Source: Tubiluchus corallicola (taxonomy: Eukaryota > Animalia > Priapulida). Taken from it: 64,000 nucleotides of DNA. Positions 50,941-64,000 of the stretch are shown here, in pieces; position 1 is the stretch's first letter, and each line of letters begins with the position of its first letter. Made by a program: the position numbers and the translations under genes. The notes below the pieces were generated by a model. The model saw only the letters and a list, made by a program, of their open reading frames with translations. It searched no databases and was not told the DNA's origin. The stretch is taken from contig JAQGDQ010000206.1 of assembly GCA_030141605.1 (NCBI GenBank), positions 310,001-374,000 on the forward strand, given 5' to 3'.

Positions 50941-51653
50941 TGCTCTTTATCTATTTATGTTCAGATTTCTGCAAAAAATATAAAAAACTAAAGTAACACA
51001 GAAAACTGAAAAACTAGAGTAACTGCGTTTAATGCATATCTCTAGGGACCGAAGAAATCTCTGCAAATTATGTGAACTATGTATCAGGTGATATCGAAGG
51101 GTAACCACATTCATGGGCTGTGGTAATGTCTCAGGGGACCAGCGATCACACTAACATTGACATTTTTGGGATAATTTAAGTTTAAGACATTATTTACTGT
51201 TTGATTTGCCAGTCAGTTTTACAGGCTATGTAATCTTAAGTTACTCTGAATCTGCTGTCTTTTGCAAACTGTCCAGGGAGAACTACCTGCCATATTAGCT
51301 CAGTAAGCTCACCCCGTAAAAGGCGGCATCATTTATTTTACAAAATAAAAACCATTGCAATTTTTGTCCTTATCTTGCTGAATTATTATTAATGAATTAG
51401 CGTATGCAGTTAAACCTGTGTTTGGTCAGAGCAACACTCCCCCCTTCCCCAGGGCAGCATTTGTGAAAATGATTTAAGCACATATGTAAAGCTTCCATTG
51501 TTTCAGTGACACCAGCTGGTTGAAAAGCTGACACTGCAGTTACTGCACTGGTGAGTTTAAACAAAGTTTTGCATTTGTGCTTAAACATTAGCTGGTGCCA
51601 ATTGGAACTAAATAAGTTTTCCAATCAATCATTATCATAGGCTATAATATCAA

Positions 51654-52407
51654 ACTAACTCAAGCAAACTTATATTTACGGTTGATCAATGCTACTCAAG
51701 CAGCCAACACTCCAACTAACTCAAGCAAACTTATACTTACGGTTGATCAATGCTACTCATGCAGCCAACACTCCAACTAACTCAAGCAAACTTATACTTA
51801 CGGTTGATCAATGCTACTCAAGCAGCCAACACTCCAACTAACTCAAGCAAACTTATACTTACGGTTGATCAATGCTACTCAAGCAGCCAACACTCCAACT
51901 AACTCAAGCAAACTTATATTTACGGCTGGTCAATGCTACTCAAGCAGCCAACACTCCAACTAACTCAAGCAAACTTATATTTACGGTTGATCAATGCTAC
52001 TCAAGCAGCCAACACTCCAACTAACTCAAATAAACTTATATTTACGGTTGATCAATGCTACTCAAGCAGCCAACACTCAAACTAACTCAAGCAAACTTAT
52101 ACTTATGGTTGATCAATGCTGCTCATGCAGTCAACACTCAAACTAACTCAAGCAAACTTATATTTATGGTTGATCAATGCTACTCAAGCAGCCAACACTA
52201 CAACTAACTCAAGCAAACTTATATTTACGGTTGATCAATGCTACTCAAGCAGCCAACACTCCAACTAACTCAAGCAAACTTATACTTACGGTTGATCAAT
52301 GCTGCTCATGCAGTCAACACTCAAACTAACTCAAGCAAACTTATATTTATAGTTGATCAATGCTACTCAAGCAGCCAACACTCCAACTAACTCAAGCAAA
52401 CTTATAT
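51654..52407. repeat. 61-bp minisatellite, ~12 copies
   Basis: Unit ACTAACTCAAGCAAACTTATATTTACGGTTGATCAATGCTACTCAAGCAGCCAACACTCCA. Confidence 0.95.
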
Positions 52408-53872
52408 CATAATATTAGTTGGCTATCAAAGCATAAGCTAGTAGCACTTGATGGTATGCAATGAGCCTACAAGTATTAAATCTTTAAACCAAACTTAGTT
52501 AAAGAAATGCCAGTATTATATTTGTATCTGAATCAGGAATTTTTAGATTGTCAGTGGTATATGCAGGCCTTTATGATATAGGCAGGTTTTACCTCTATGT
52601 TTTTCCACTGTACTGGTGGGTCCACAGTAGGTGTAAATGCGGATTAAAATACCCCTGCAAGGTAGTGATTTAAAGGAAGACAGGATGATTTTTCATATGC
52701 TATCCCATTTTCAAGATAAAAAGTATACATTTAAACACGATTAATACTGCAAAAGTGTTTCTGATAATTATATAATATATTAATTAACAGTGGGCAAGCG
52801 CAACTTTTGGTGGCATCAAAAACTAACATAATTTTCAACAGGAAAAATAATCTACGAGCGTGTTGCACGTGTTTGCGAAAGCGAAAATTGAAGTACAGTG
52901 CTACTCAGATATTCAGTGTGTTGTGATAAAACTAGGCATGTTTTAAGATAAGAATTCAATTTCAAATTTACCGCTGTATTCACGCATGAGCTGTCGAACG
53001 TGCATAGTTTGTCAGAAACTAACACATCTGAAATGAGAGGTACAGCGCCTGTTTTTGAGTAATGGTTTCCGAAATGCAGGCGCTAGTGATCGTCTAACTA
53101 GCGAATGGCAAAATGCATGTAACAATGAAAAACTAGTGGCGCGAATGCGAAAGTGCGTTTGTGTGGTAATAATTCTTTCATGTAATTCATTTTTGAAAAA
53201 ATAGTATGTTCCCTTTCAATATTTTAAAGAGTAGACTGTTTTGACCTACAGTTTAAGGCTGGGTCCGAATTTGCTTGAGACTTATTATTATTTATTATTA
53301 TTTTTATTTTCACTTGCATGTGTTACTTGTTAAAAGTTCTGTTTATTTAATTTATTTATTAAAATATCTAAATTTATTTGTATATCTAGATTTAACAGAT
53401 TTTAATAAGGTTAATCTTAATGATGTAAATGTCCTCAATGTAATGTAAAGTAGGTTTTACAATACCTATTTTAGAATATTAGTTAGATCGATTAGAGCTA
53501 ATTTCTAAAATTTGGCACTGTTTTCCTTTAACTTTTTGTGGCATGACATGAAAATGGAAAAACTTTTTGCACTGAATTAAAAGAGAGAGATCGCGCGACA
53601 GACTCTCTACCGTTTTGTAGGCACTTTTTGTGCCTGCCTTTATGTTCTTAATAACTCCAATTTTTTCCAGTCCTTGTTTCATCTTCATAGCTTGTTGTTT
53701 TTTCCTTGTTAGCTATATCTCTAGACCGACTCCATATTTCTTTCTTAACCGCGTCACTTAAAGTTATCTTCGGTTATAAATTAATATTATTGTTCCATAC
53801 CCTTCTTGCATAACAGAGCAATTTCCTTACGTGAATTACGTAAATCACAGAGCTCATAATAGAAAAGTTTAC

Positions 53873-53990
53873 CTCAGACACGCGCCAATATTCGAAATAA
53901 ATTCTTCTTTTATTTACAGAAGCATCACACCACGTGTGGTGAGTGACTGAGTATTAAAATACATCTTTCGCGTAATACGCCATCTTAAAC
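53873..53990 (-). other. BRD8: candidate non-coding first exon of BRD8, spliced to the acceptor at 50969-50970
   Basis: Minus-strand GAG|GTAAAC donor at 53873/53872; minus-strand polypyrimidine-TGCAG acceptor 28 nt upstream of the ATG. Confidence 0.5.
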
Positions 53991-54067
53991 AAGTGAACAG
54001 TGAAGCACTGGACAAATACGTCACCAACAACCAATCAAGTTGTAAAATCAGGTGGAATCAATCGAGC
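53920..54067. promoter_or_regulatory. candidate bidirectional promoter shared by BRD8 and GUK1
   Basis: CACGTG E-box (~53931), YY1-like CGCCATCTT (53978-53986) and CCAAT (~54031) lie between two divergent splice donors ~300 bp apart. Confidence 0.5.
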
Positions 54068-54179
54068 ATGGTCATTACAGCAGGAAGATATAGTGTTTTG
54101 TGTGCGAAGATTTGGTCATCATGTTTTCTTAGAAATAAGTCAAATAATTATATATCCCGGAGAAGTCTAGTGGTGTCAG
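54068..54179 (+). CDS. GUK1: guanylate kinase exon 1, putative mitochondrial presequence
   Basis: ATG 54068, open to CAG|GTAAAC donor (phase 1), in frame with the next exon; R/K/S-rich with no acidic residues. Confidence 0.65.
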
Positions 54180-55094
54180 GTAAACTGATATTATTAGTTA
54201 ACTGTCCATCTTACTGACATGTCTAATTTTGCCTATGGTAAGAAGTACATAACTAGCAAGAATCTTCAACTGCTGTCACGGTAACAAAAAAATCAGCTAT
54301 AAAAATTTCATTTAACGTTTCAATGTAATTAGAAACGTTACAAACTGTATGTATAATGTCTTAAGCAAGCAATGGCTTGATTAAAGACATGTCGCGATAC
54401 ATATATAATTGGTAGCCCTTCTAGTACATGTAAATAATGAATTATGTACGTACACACTTAACTGTTTACAAACAAGTTTGATATCGTTATAGTACCTGAA
54501 ATTACTGGCCTATATGATGTTTGCCAAATGCTTTAGTTTCAGAGTCCATTGCCCATATTTAAGCATGTCTTTAATATTTATATAACTGGTTACACGCAAC
54601 TTTGGAATAGCACTGTAGCTAGTGTAATTAGACGAATTTATAAAATAGATGTAGGCAGCAGCTTAACTGTACCTTGTGGCCCCAAGGGGAGCAGTGCCTC
54701 CATCCTCATGAAAGATACAGCGAACTTATTGGGCATTTTAGATTTGTAAAATTTAGGAGTGCATTGCCGTTGATAAGTTGTGGAGATAAAGATATAATAA
54801 GGCACTAAGTTCTCCACACATGCTTCAAAGGCTCTGATAGGCCCTCAGAGGCTTCTTCAAATGTTAGCACAGGAAAGAACTTGATTATGTATGTACTTTA
54901 CAGTTAACTCAAGACGTGTACTACACAGAAAATTATGTAAACATGGTGAAGATTTAAATTATCATTTTCTTTTGTTGCAAACTTTCCGCAGAAGACGCTG
55001 TAAGCGGCGTTTTAGTTCAAAGTTAAATTATGTCAGGCGTTTCTCCATCCTGCAGTCATTAAAAAATAGTATTACACATGAGTAAAAGTAAATA

Positions 55095-56048
55095 CAATAG
55101 GCGCCGCTTAATAGACTCACATTTAATAGACTCAATCGCTTAACTAACTCAAAAACGCATGGTATGGGCCGCTTCTATTCTAATGTACATAAAATTGTTT
55201 GGTAATTGACTAAAATAACTCAGCATAATTGACTCAATATTTTTGCTTTACATGCTTCAATAAGACACTTTTGTGACTTTTATGACTTTTTAAGATGCTT
55301 TTATGATTTTTATATCATGTTAGTTGGCTTTTGTCCCATAATATACAAAGAAACTATCATGTTTTGTTTATAAGCTGGAACGTTTATCATATGCTAATAA
55401 GCTAACCTAATGGTTTTCTTTGACCTGCCTGTCCACTGCAATTAACCTTCATTACCCCTGAATTCCAGGAACCTAGACATTTAATCACTTGCTTAGTGGT
55501 TTGCTTTTGAAGCTCTGGCTGTCTTTGCTAGAAAGTTTAATCAGGTAGATTTTACAGTAAGTGCATCACAATAGCAAGCGGGAGCTTAGGCGAAACTACA
55601 GATGAGACTACTTGCCAGGAAACACAGGCATTACCAACAGTTTAAGCACGCCAAACACTAAGTATTTTACACGAATTTGTACATCGTACAGCAACAGATT
55701 TTCATTGTTTTTATCTTCCGATGAAATGAAGCAGCTGACTTCGAAGGAATTTTTGGAATTTTTGCAAATATACTTGTGTCATTTAGAAAAGTATTCTTTT
55801 TAATTTATTGCTAATTCACTTATACAAATTAATAGTTCAAAATATGTTTTTTCTAATTTTAAACTGCACAAAGGAATTTAGGCAAAACTTCATTTCTAAA
55901 ATCTATTAAAAACCTTTGCAGTGCATAGTAAGCTAATGACTCTTACTTCTATACCAGTAATACTACACCCATCGGTTAATAGGTTCATATGATTAATTGG
56001 GTCAAAACACTTCAGTCCCAAAGTGAGTCTATTAAGCGGTACCTACTG
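55095..56048. mobile_element. pogo/Tigger-like element, same family as 12465-13469
   Basis: CAATAGGCGCCGCTTAATAGACTCAC ... GTGAGTCTATTAAGCGGTACCTACTG|TA. Confidence 0.85.
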
Positions 56049-57142
56049 TAGTGAAATTATATTGTCATGGTCAAAACATGAATTTTTTTTGTTCATTTAT
56101 TTCACATCAAAACAAATACACAATTAATACATTAAAAGAAACAAAAAGTTGTCAATAATTCAATGAATAACAAACAGTAAGATACATAACAGGAAGCAAA
56201 TTTTGGAAAAAATGATTTAAACTGTCTTTAGACGTAGGTCAACCTATGGTAAACAAAGATGGTGATATCGCTACTTCCATTAATACTGGTGTCTAAACAA
56301 CGTTATGTACAGCATCATTACAAATATACTAACTTGACTCTCAAAACACTGTGGGGTTGAAAGATAAACAAGAGAACTATCACTGTTGTATGTTGTTTAG
56401 TAAATTCGTATACAGTTTACTTTGAGCACATAACTAGTTTAGATATACCATAGTTTAGGTTTGCTATATATACAAATGTAAATGTGTTGCGGGCAATCAA
56501 AAAGCAAGGCTTGTTAGATTGTCCCACACTGTGAAAGAAAAATAAAGTAATGAAAATAATCTGAAAATTTGAAGTGAATCGTATGATAAAGAAAACATTT
56601 ACTGCTACAGAATGGAATGGTGTAATGATTGAAGCTCATATATAAGATGATATAAAAGATAGATAGTTAAGATAAAATAATAGACAAAGATAGAGAAAAG
56701 AGAAGAGAAATGAAATAGAAAGGAGTTCAAAATACGAAGGTTGTGCCTACCATCATGTGCCAAACACTAAAAATCATCATAAAAGATTAATCGTGATATC
56801 AAATTGCAAGAACAAGATTATAATCGAATTACAAAATTTCAAAATCACCCTTCACTATCAATTATGCAATACCATGTACTGCAGTGCCAACCTAGAGCAA
56901 ATGTGCCACCCTGCAAAGTGCCCTGTGAAGTCTTCATACCTTGCATGTCCTAAGTTAGGCTGTACTGCTGCCATAGTTCACATTACCTGCGATAATACTT
57001 GTATTATGTTTTCTGAATTGTGCTGATACTTAATTCTTTGCAGTTGCTCATTGTAAATCAATTTTTTATTTCTCTGTGCTTTGAACTGGCACTGTGAAAT
57101 TTTTGAAATCTTAGTTGACTGGTTCTTCCGTTTTTTCTCTAG

Positions 57143-57289
57143 TTCGTTTGTTTGGCATGACACACGTTCGAAGCATTCCAGATGGACCACGACCCGTGGT
57201 GTTTGCCGGTCCGTCCGGGGCCGGAAAGAGCACATTGTTACAGCAGCTGTTGAGCGAATACCATGATGTGTTTGGTTTCAGTGTCTCAC
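57143..57289 (+). CDS. GUK1: guanylate kinase exon with P-loop
   Basis: [18 protein letters not shown]...FGFSVS; second ATG at 57157; TCTAG / GTAAGT. Confidence 0.95.
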
Positions 57290-57398
57290 GTAAGTTTCAT
57301 TAGCCATATTGGTAGTTTTTGATTTCTGCTCTTCTGCAGGACACGTTCTTTGTTTCGTCTGTGGGCACCTCAAGCAACGTACAGTATTTAAAGAATTA

Positions 57399-57885
57399 CC
57401 GTATATACTCGCATATAAGCCGAATTTAGAACTATAAAATACAATACTGAAATCAGGGGGTCGACTTATATGCGCATGGAACAAAATGAACACAAGGACA
57501 GACACTAATGCCAATTTTCCAGCCACACATTTTCATCGCTATCTGACTCTGGGTTTTCAAAAGTATGTTATTGATCAAAGAAAGGCTGGTGACAAAATAT
57601 TTTCTTCTTTAATCATATCAAAATGTATAATTTCTTCTATTTCTTCTAGTATGTAACATAAAAGTAAGCATTTTACATCTTTATAGTAAAAAATTTCTAT
57701 GAACCAAAAATACCCAATTAACAAAATGTGACAAAAAGGGATCAATTTTGTTGATTGGGTATGGAGTAAAATTAGACAAGTTGATGGTCGGCTTATATAC
57801 GGGTTTTTGCAAAAACTGGCCATTTTAAAGCAGTTTTAGGGGGTCGGCTTATATGCGATGTAGGCTTATATGCGAGTATATACGG
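57399..57885. mobile_element. pogo/Tc-type MITE
   Basis: TA|CCGTATATACTCGCATATAAGCC ... GGCTTATATGCGAGTATATACGG|TA. Confidence 0.9.
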
Positions 57886-57941
57886 TATTTGTACCTTGAA
57901 ATTGTTAAATTAACTTCTGTACTAATTACCGTTCAGTTTAA

Positions 57942-58561
57942 CCTTTTCACTTCGGAAGGCGGCACGTTGCCGGCTATGTTTTTCATGCAAGGACGGAAGG
58001 CGGTATACTGCCAGCCAAGCTCAGCATTATGCGCAGTCACCCGGGGCTGTTTATTTAACTGCTACGGCGATGCAAAACATTGTAACAGCCGCGGGATTGG
58101 CGTTGCTTTGCAACAAGTAACGCTAACTAGCCAATCAGCGTCTGAAGCCAGGTGCATTCCACAATACTGTACTGTATGGCTATGTTCCCAGACAAAATCA
58201 CTTATAGATGATTGATGAAGCGTATGTTTAGTTGATTGCTCTGCATTTTTATAAAATGATTGCATATTATTGATTAGTATTGTGTCTTTTATGAAAATTG
58301 CTTTTTAAATATGTGTACATGCTTATTTGTAATTGTGGGCGTGTGTGTGTGTGCCTGCATGCGTGCGTGTGTTAGCGAGTGAATATATGTGTGCGTACAT
58401 GTGTAGAAATAAAAGTAATATTTAATATTAGTACTCAATAACGAACAAGTATTTGTTTATTTACAAGATTCTGTTTTAGTAACCCACCACAAGTTATTGT
58501 CAAATGTGCAAAAGTCAATGTGGCCCAGTTAAAAGGCAACTACTTAGTGAAAGGGAAAGGG
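57942..58561. mobile_element. piggyBac-like MITE (family A)
   Basis: TTAA|CCTTTTCAC ... GAAAGGG|TTAA; interior homologous to 24668-25272. Confidence 0.85.
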
Positions 58562-59290
58562 TTAAAGGTACTAAACCGAAGTGTTTCTCGGCTTTTTGTA
58601 GTCAGCTCACTGTGTATTATGAATATTGCATGTACAACTGAACATGCATTGTTACTCATGGTTATGGGACATTGTGGATAGTGTGTAACTCTAACCATTA
58701 AGGCCTGATAATGATAAGATTTCATTTAAAACATGTTTAGTGCAGCTAACTTGGTTACGGTTTAATCGTATTTAATAATTATTGCTAACTGTATTCTCCT
58801 TTTTAAGATTCATTTCAAACTGATGCTTACCAATTATATGTTTTCCGTTTCATGGAGCAAATGTGAAAGTAACGCTGTATAAAATATGTAAATTTAGATT
58901 CCCGCGATGACTGTTGGGCGCAGCCATTTTGATCGTAGGTCGCTTGATACAAGTTTAGATAACATTACGTGAAGTTTGAAAAAATAATCAGAGCATTTAT
59001 AGCACACAGGTTACTAACTAAGTAGAATTTTCAATTACTGTATCTTACTGTATTTTATCAAACAGGCAAGTGTGATGCTAAATAATAATAAAATGTTAGG
59101 TGGAAAGTATTTAGAACATACTTTAAATTTAGTGCTACTTCCTTTACATTACTTTACTTCCTCTTTAAGTAAGCTGTGTGTTGCTAAAGCATTGTTTGTG
59201 TCTTAAATTTGAATTATTCTCTTTTCTTCTTTAAATTTATATTGCAAAACTTTTGAGTTTATCTGAGCTTGCAGAGTTTACATCTTTCAG

Positions 59291-59332
59291 ATACCACGAG
59301 GAAACCCAGAAAAGGAGAGACCAATGGCAGAG
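59291..59332 (+). CDS. GUK1: guanylate kinase 42-nt exon
   Basis: HTTRKPRKGETNGR (GK TTR.PR.GE motif); TTTCAG / GTAAGA; phase 1-1. Confidence 0.93.
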
Positions 59333-59411
59333 GTAAGAACAAAAATGATTTATTATAATAGCCATTTGTAGGGCCCGTTGGTTCATTTCAACTTGGGAAA
59401 GTGGCGAAAGG

Positions 59412-60070
59412 ATGTTGTTCATTGACTCATGTTGAGCACTGCTCTGCCTTCTTGCATAGTGGATTAAAATGCAAATGCATGTAGATGAGTGGTATTTTTC
59501 TGTGCCCCCACTGGGTGTACATTTGCTAAGAAAGTTAAGCAGCACCGAACTTGGTTAGTAAATGAATGGAGGAGCGCATGTTGTTCATTGACTCATGTTG
59601 AGCACTGCTCTGCCTTCTTGCATAGTGGATTAAAATGCAAATGCATGTAGATGAGTGGTATTTTTCTGTGCCCCCACTGGGTGTACATTTGCTAAGAAAG
59701 TTAAGCAGCACCGAACTTGGTTAGTAAATGAATGGAGGAGCGCATGTTGTTCATTGACTCATGTTGAGCACTGCTCTGCCTTCTTGCATAGTGGATTAAA
59801 ATGCAAATGCATGTAGATGAGTGGTATTTTTCTGTGCCCCCACTGGGTGTGCATTTGCCAAGAAAGTTAAGCAGCACCGAACTTGGTTAGTAAATGAATG
59901 GAGGAGCGCATGTTGTTCATTGACTCATGTTGAGTACTGCGTTGCCTTCTTCCCTAGTGGATTCAATTGCTAAATGCGTGTGGATGAGTTCTATTGGTCA
60001 GTGCCGCCATTGGGTGTGCATTTGCTAAGAAAGTTAAGCGGCACCGAACCTGGTTAGTAAATGAATGGCG
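59412..60070. repeat. 166-bp tandem repeat x4
   Basis: ATGTTGTTCATTGACTCATGTTGAG at 59412, 59578, 59744, 59910. Confidence 0.95.
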
Positions 60071-60394
60071 GACAGTTTCTGTGGCTTTATTTGCCATACT
60101 AAATTTGATTGGTTTTTTCACTGAGAGAATATACATAGATATATGGATACAGTTAAGGCATGCCTGATGGTTCAGTGTTTTGTCTTGAACTAGGTTCCAG
60201 TTTGCCTCAATCGTTCAAAATCAGGGGTAGTTAGTGTAGTTTAATATCTCACATTGTTGGCATTTGCTGGAAGATTTAGATGCCTAGTTGACAATTATGA
60301 TGACGCTATGAGTTGAATTTTTGAGTGTTCGCTTAGCGGTCCAAGGTCAACTCTTAATGGAAGGTCGCATGTTCTCTCTCTCTCTTTGTTGCAG

Positions 60395-60491
60395 AATATC
60401 ATTTCGTCACTGTGGAAGAAATGAAGGCGGCCATTGCAAATGGTGATTTCATTGAACACGCGGAATTTTCCGGAAACATGTATGGAACCAG
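60395..60491 (+). CDS. GUK1: guanylate kinase exon
   Basis: [10 protein letters not shown]...[15 protein letters not shown]; phase 1-2. Confidence 0.95.
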
Positions 60492-60601
60492 GTATGGCTT
60501 TCACGTCCTTAAATGCTGCTTTGTATTTCCTGTCTTTAGGGAATGAACCAGTCAAAGAATTGCTGTGTTAAATGAATGAATGAATGAACATAACAACACT
60601 C

Positions 60602-60843
<242 letters not shown>

Positions 60844-62545
60844 GTTTAAATATTTTTTTTGAGACAAATAGTTCTTCCACTGTAAATGCGACAAATTGCA
60901 TATACATTAAATTGTTATCAACACCTAGGTGGCTCCACTGGCAGGTTTTCTCACTAATATGTAATCCAGCATCCTTGGTATGTTCCAATTAGCACGATGA
61001 TTAAATCTCAATGAGATTGATAGTGTCTATCTAATTTGCCAGTTTTATGTGCAGTTCTTGATTTATGAAGAATAGGACCTACCTGATCTTGCCGTGCAAT
61101 GTACTTCTAATTTGACATAAAGTGCATGCTGTATCGTTCAGCGAACTACATTGTTAGTTTGCTATAGTTTACAGAGCTACCGTAAGTTACTATAAGTTGA
61201 ATTAGAGTTCTGAGAGTCCTTAGACTGATTGTTACCACACATTCAGACTAGCAAGCGTTGTGTCGCGAGTTTTTTCTCTGATATCGAAATCGCAAGCGTG
61301 AACTGCTTTGCGAGTTACTGTCAGCAAATTATTGGAAACTCCTCGACAGTTGCTGCGAGTTACTCTCTAGTGTGAACGTCTCGGAGAGTTACTCTCGACA
61401 TTTCTCCCAGCAAATAAGGAAGTGAGTGTCAGCTTCTATCTGACATCAAAATCGCAAGTGTGAACTGCTTTGTGAGTTACTGTCGGCAGGTTAAGGGAAA
61501 CTCTCTGACATTTGCTGCGAGTTACTCTCTAGTGTGAATGCCTCAGAAAGTTGCCTAGTGTGAATGCCTCACAGTTGCTGTGAATTACTGTCACAGAGTA
61601 ACTCTCGGCAAGTTTTGCAGTCTAGTGTGAACAAGCTTGCGAGTTGCTTAGCGAGAAAACTTGCCAGTCTGAACGCACGGTTAGTGTCTATTTCAGTGGC
61701 TAGTCATGTTCACATGTCACTCTGCACAGTATTATGCTAGAATACGAGCAGCACTTTTTAGTATGTTTCAAAAATTTGTCCTTTTTATCATTTACTTTTT
61801 ATGTCTGATAAACATTTGAGAAAGTCGCAAGATATGCATTTTCTACACTAGTATGTATACAATACTGTGAAGGAACTGTCATCGTTTGAGCCGGGGGGGG
61901 GGGGGGTAGTGGGAGACTGTAACAACAGCTAGTCAGGCACATGACTGTCGTCCTTTCTAAAATGATAAACTCTGTCAAGGGATAGCTGCGTAAAAGTGAA
62001 TCGTGTACTTTAATATTTATGCCATTGATGCCTTATCAGCAAAAATCTTGCTTCGTCCAGTATTGAACTCGGGTGCGAGATAATGTGTGTAAATTGGCTC
62101 AACAGCTATGTGAATTAATGCACTTACTTGCGTTTTCTTTCACTTGACAAAAAAAACCACTTGATCCGATCCAAATCATTAATCAATCGATTTTTGTTAA
62201 AATTCCTGAAAAGTTTACAATGAAAATGTTGTGATAAGTTTATTTTCCGGCAATTTCAGTGTTATTGTTATTGTTTTGTTATTGTTTTTTTGCCGTGTCT
62301 TGAGTGCTTTATACGTCAGCGCGCCTAATGTTTATAACTGACATTGTTCCGGAATTTAAGTTTTTTGGCCATAACTTGAAAACCACTAAAACCATAAACT
62401 TTCACAGCCAAAAGTTCATGCTTTGTGTGTATAACACTGTGAAATTTCAAGGGAATTCGCTTCTGTTACCATTGTTGTTTAAACTTCGACACATTTTTTA
62501 TGTGCCACCCGATATAGTCATAGTTCTTTGTTTATTTTTTCAAAG

Positions 62546-62684
62546 CAAAAAGGCGGTGGAAGACGTTCAGAAACACGGCCAAATCTGCGTTCTCGACATC
62601 GACATGCAGGGAGTGCGCAGCGTCAAGGACACCGATCTTAACCCAAAGTACATTTTAGTCAAGCCACCTTCAATGGACTCATTG
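62546..62684 (+). CDS. GUK1: guanylate kinase exon (gene continues beyond the window)
   Basis: KKAVEDV...ICVLDIDMQGVRSVK..DLNPKYILVKPPS; AAG acceptor, GTAAGG donor. Confidence 0.93.
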
Positions 62685-64000
62685 GTAAGGGTTACTAAAG
62701 ACATCACTCGCAGCAGACGGTTCGATGTTTAATAGTGGATACAATTATGGATTCGAATAATTCATCACCTTAACTACATTCGCTCCTTGTCACTAAACTG
62801 TTTGCAATACCATGAAGTCAATACCTGCTGTTTCTGTGCTCAATTTTTTAGCAAATGATTGTAAGCTGGCACATTATAATTTTATTTTTCTGTTAGTCGA
62901 AATTTGTTCAAAAATCTTTAATAATGAATTCGATTCACAATCTTGAAATTCGGTTCAATTTGAATTCGAAAGCCAAACATTTTATTCGATTTGATTACTT
63001 TAGTCTGTGCCGGCGCTAACAAGCGTGGGCCCAATTAGAAAATTGTTAGTGGGGCCGTTTACCCTACAAAGCTGGAGACTGATGTTTTATGCTTCGTGTA
63101 GTAAGCTAGTCTGAGCCAGCCTGAGGACTTAAATTTCCGTCATTAACCAGAATCATATACTAGAAATTTAAAGCCTTTATGAAAGTTTTAATGTTTTATT
63201 ATAAGTCAGGATAACTACTGGCATACTGTTTGTGCACAGGCTTCCTAAAAACAGAGTTTTCTGGCTGTTTTTTTCCAAGAAATCTTTCAAAATCATTTCA
63301 AAGTCATTGGTTTGTACAATGTGACCTTCTATAGATAGCATTGCCAAATTATTTAGTCTCTCTCGTGAACTTGTTGACTATAGATGTGCTTTAGTCCATT
63401 TAATCGCGGGTGCTGCAGCTCAGTATAAACACTTTGGATTTATTTAACAAACAACAACAACTTCATATTCCAAGCTTTACGTTTCGTGATTTGATTAACA
63501 GCGTCTTTTGTGTTGAGGACTTGAATATCGTCCTCTGATTAGTAAAATTAAAATCCATTAGCGATCTAACTAATGGCATTTAGGGCTTTCCAACTACCTT
63601 TTTTTTTGAAAAAGGCAAACGGCAACGATAAACTGAATTTACAAAACAAAGAAACAATCGGTAAAAACATTGAAACGTAGAGGGCAAACTGAACAGTTTC
63701 ACTGCCTTCACAGTAGCAAGAAGCTTTGAGCACGCTGAACATTCATTAATTCATCATAATATCTTCCACTTGAGCCCGATTTCAACATATCTGTCTATTT
63801 GGCTTAAAGCCGGACCTGATTTTAGTGTATGTTTACTCCAGCATAAAATTCATTATATTTACCAGTGCAGAATGTCAAAACGTTGCGCTGTTCACATGTA
63901 GAAATTCAAGAAATCTTTCTTATAGAGAGACTGTTTATTTTATTTACTCACCTACAGCTTATATTTTACCGAAATTTGAAATTCTATCAAGGTTGCCTTT

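Noticed and set aside
51654-52407. Regular repeat arrays (also 13923, 23700, 39602) resembling CRISPR
   Set aside because: Units are contiguous with no unique spacers, there are no cas genes, and the context is eukaryotic intron

Overview
AT-rich, intron-rich animal (invertebrate-type) genomic DNA containing three genes. (1) A complete pumilio (PUM1/2-type PUF) gene on the + strand. I reconstructed 20 coding exons from 5540 to 41837; phases are consistent and sum to 3480 nt (1159 aa with the optional 48-nt exon), followed by a ~3.6 kb 3' UTR. (2) A BRD8 orthologue on the - strand whose entire 811-aa CDS lies in one exon. (3) The 5' part of guanylate kinase (GUK1) on the + strand, head-to-head with BRD8, with an apparent mitochondrial-targeting N-terminal extension. 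Introns are packed with MITEs (pogo/Tigger-, piggyBac-, hAT- and Kolobok-like) and minisatellites. The most unusual object is a 411-bp element in a pumilio intron (29944-30354): two LTR-like arms in inverted orientation joined by a 39-nt antisense copy of mature tRNA-Phe (CCA included) that stops exactly beside modified base 37. All homology calls come from recognising motifs by eye, not from database searches.
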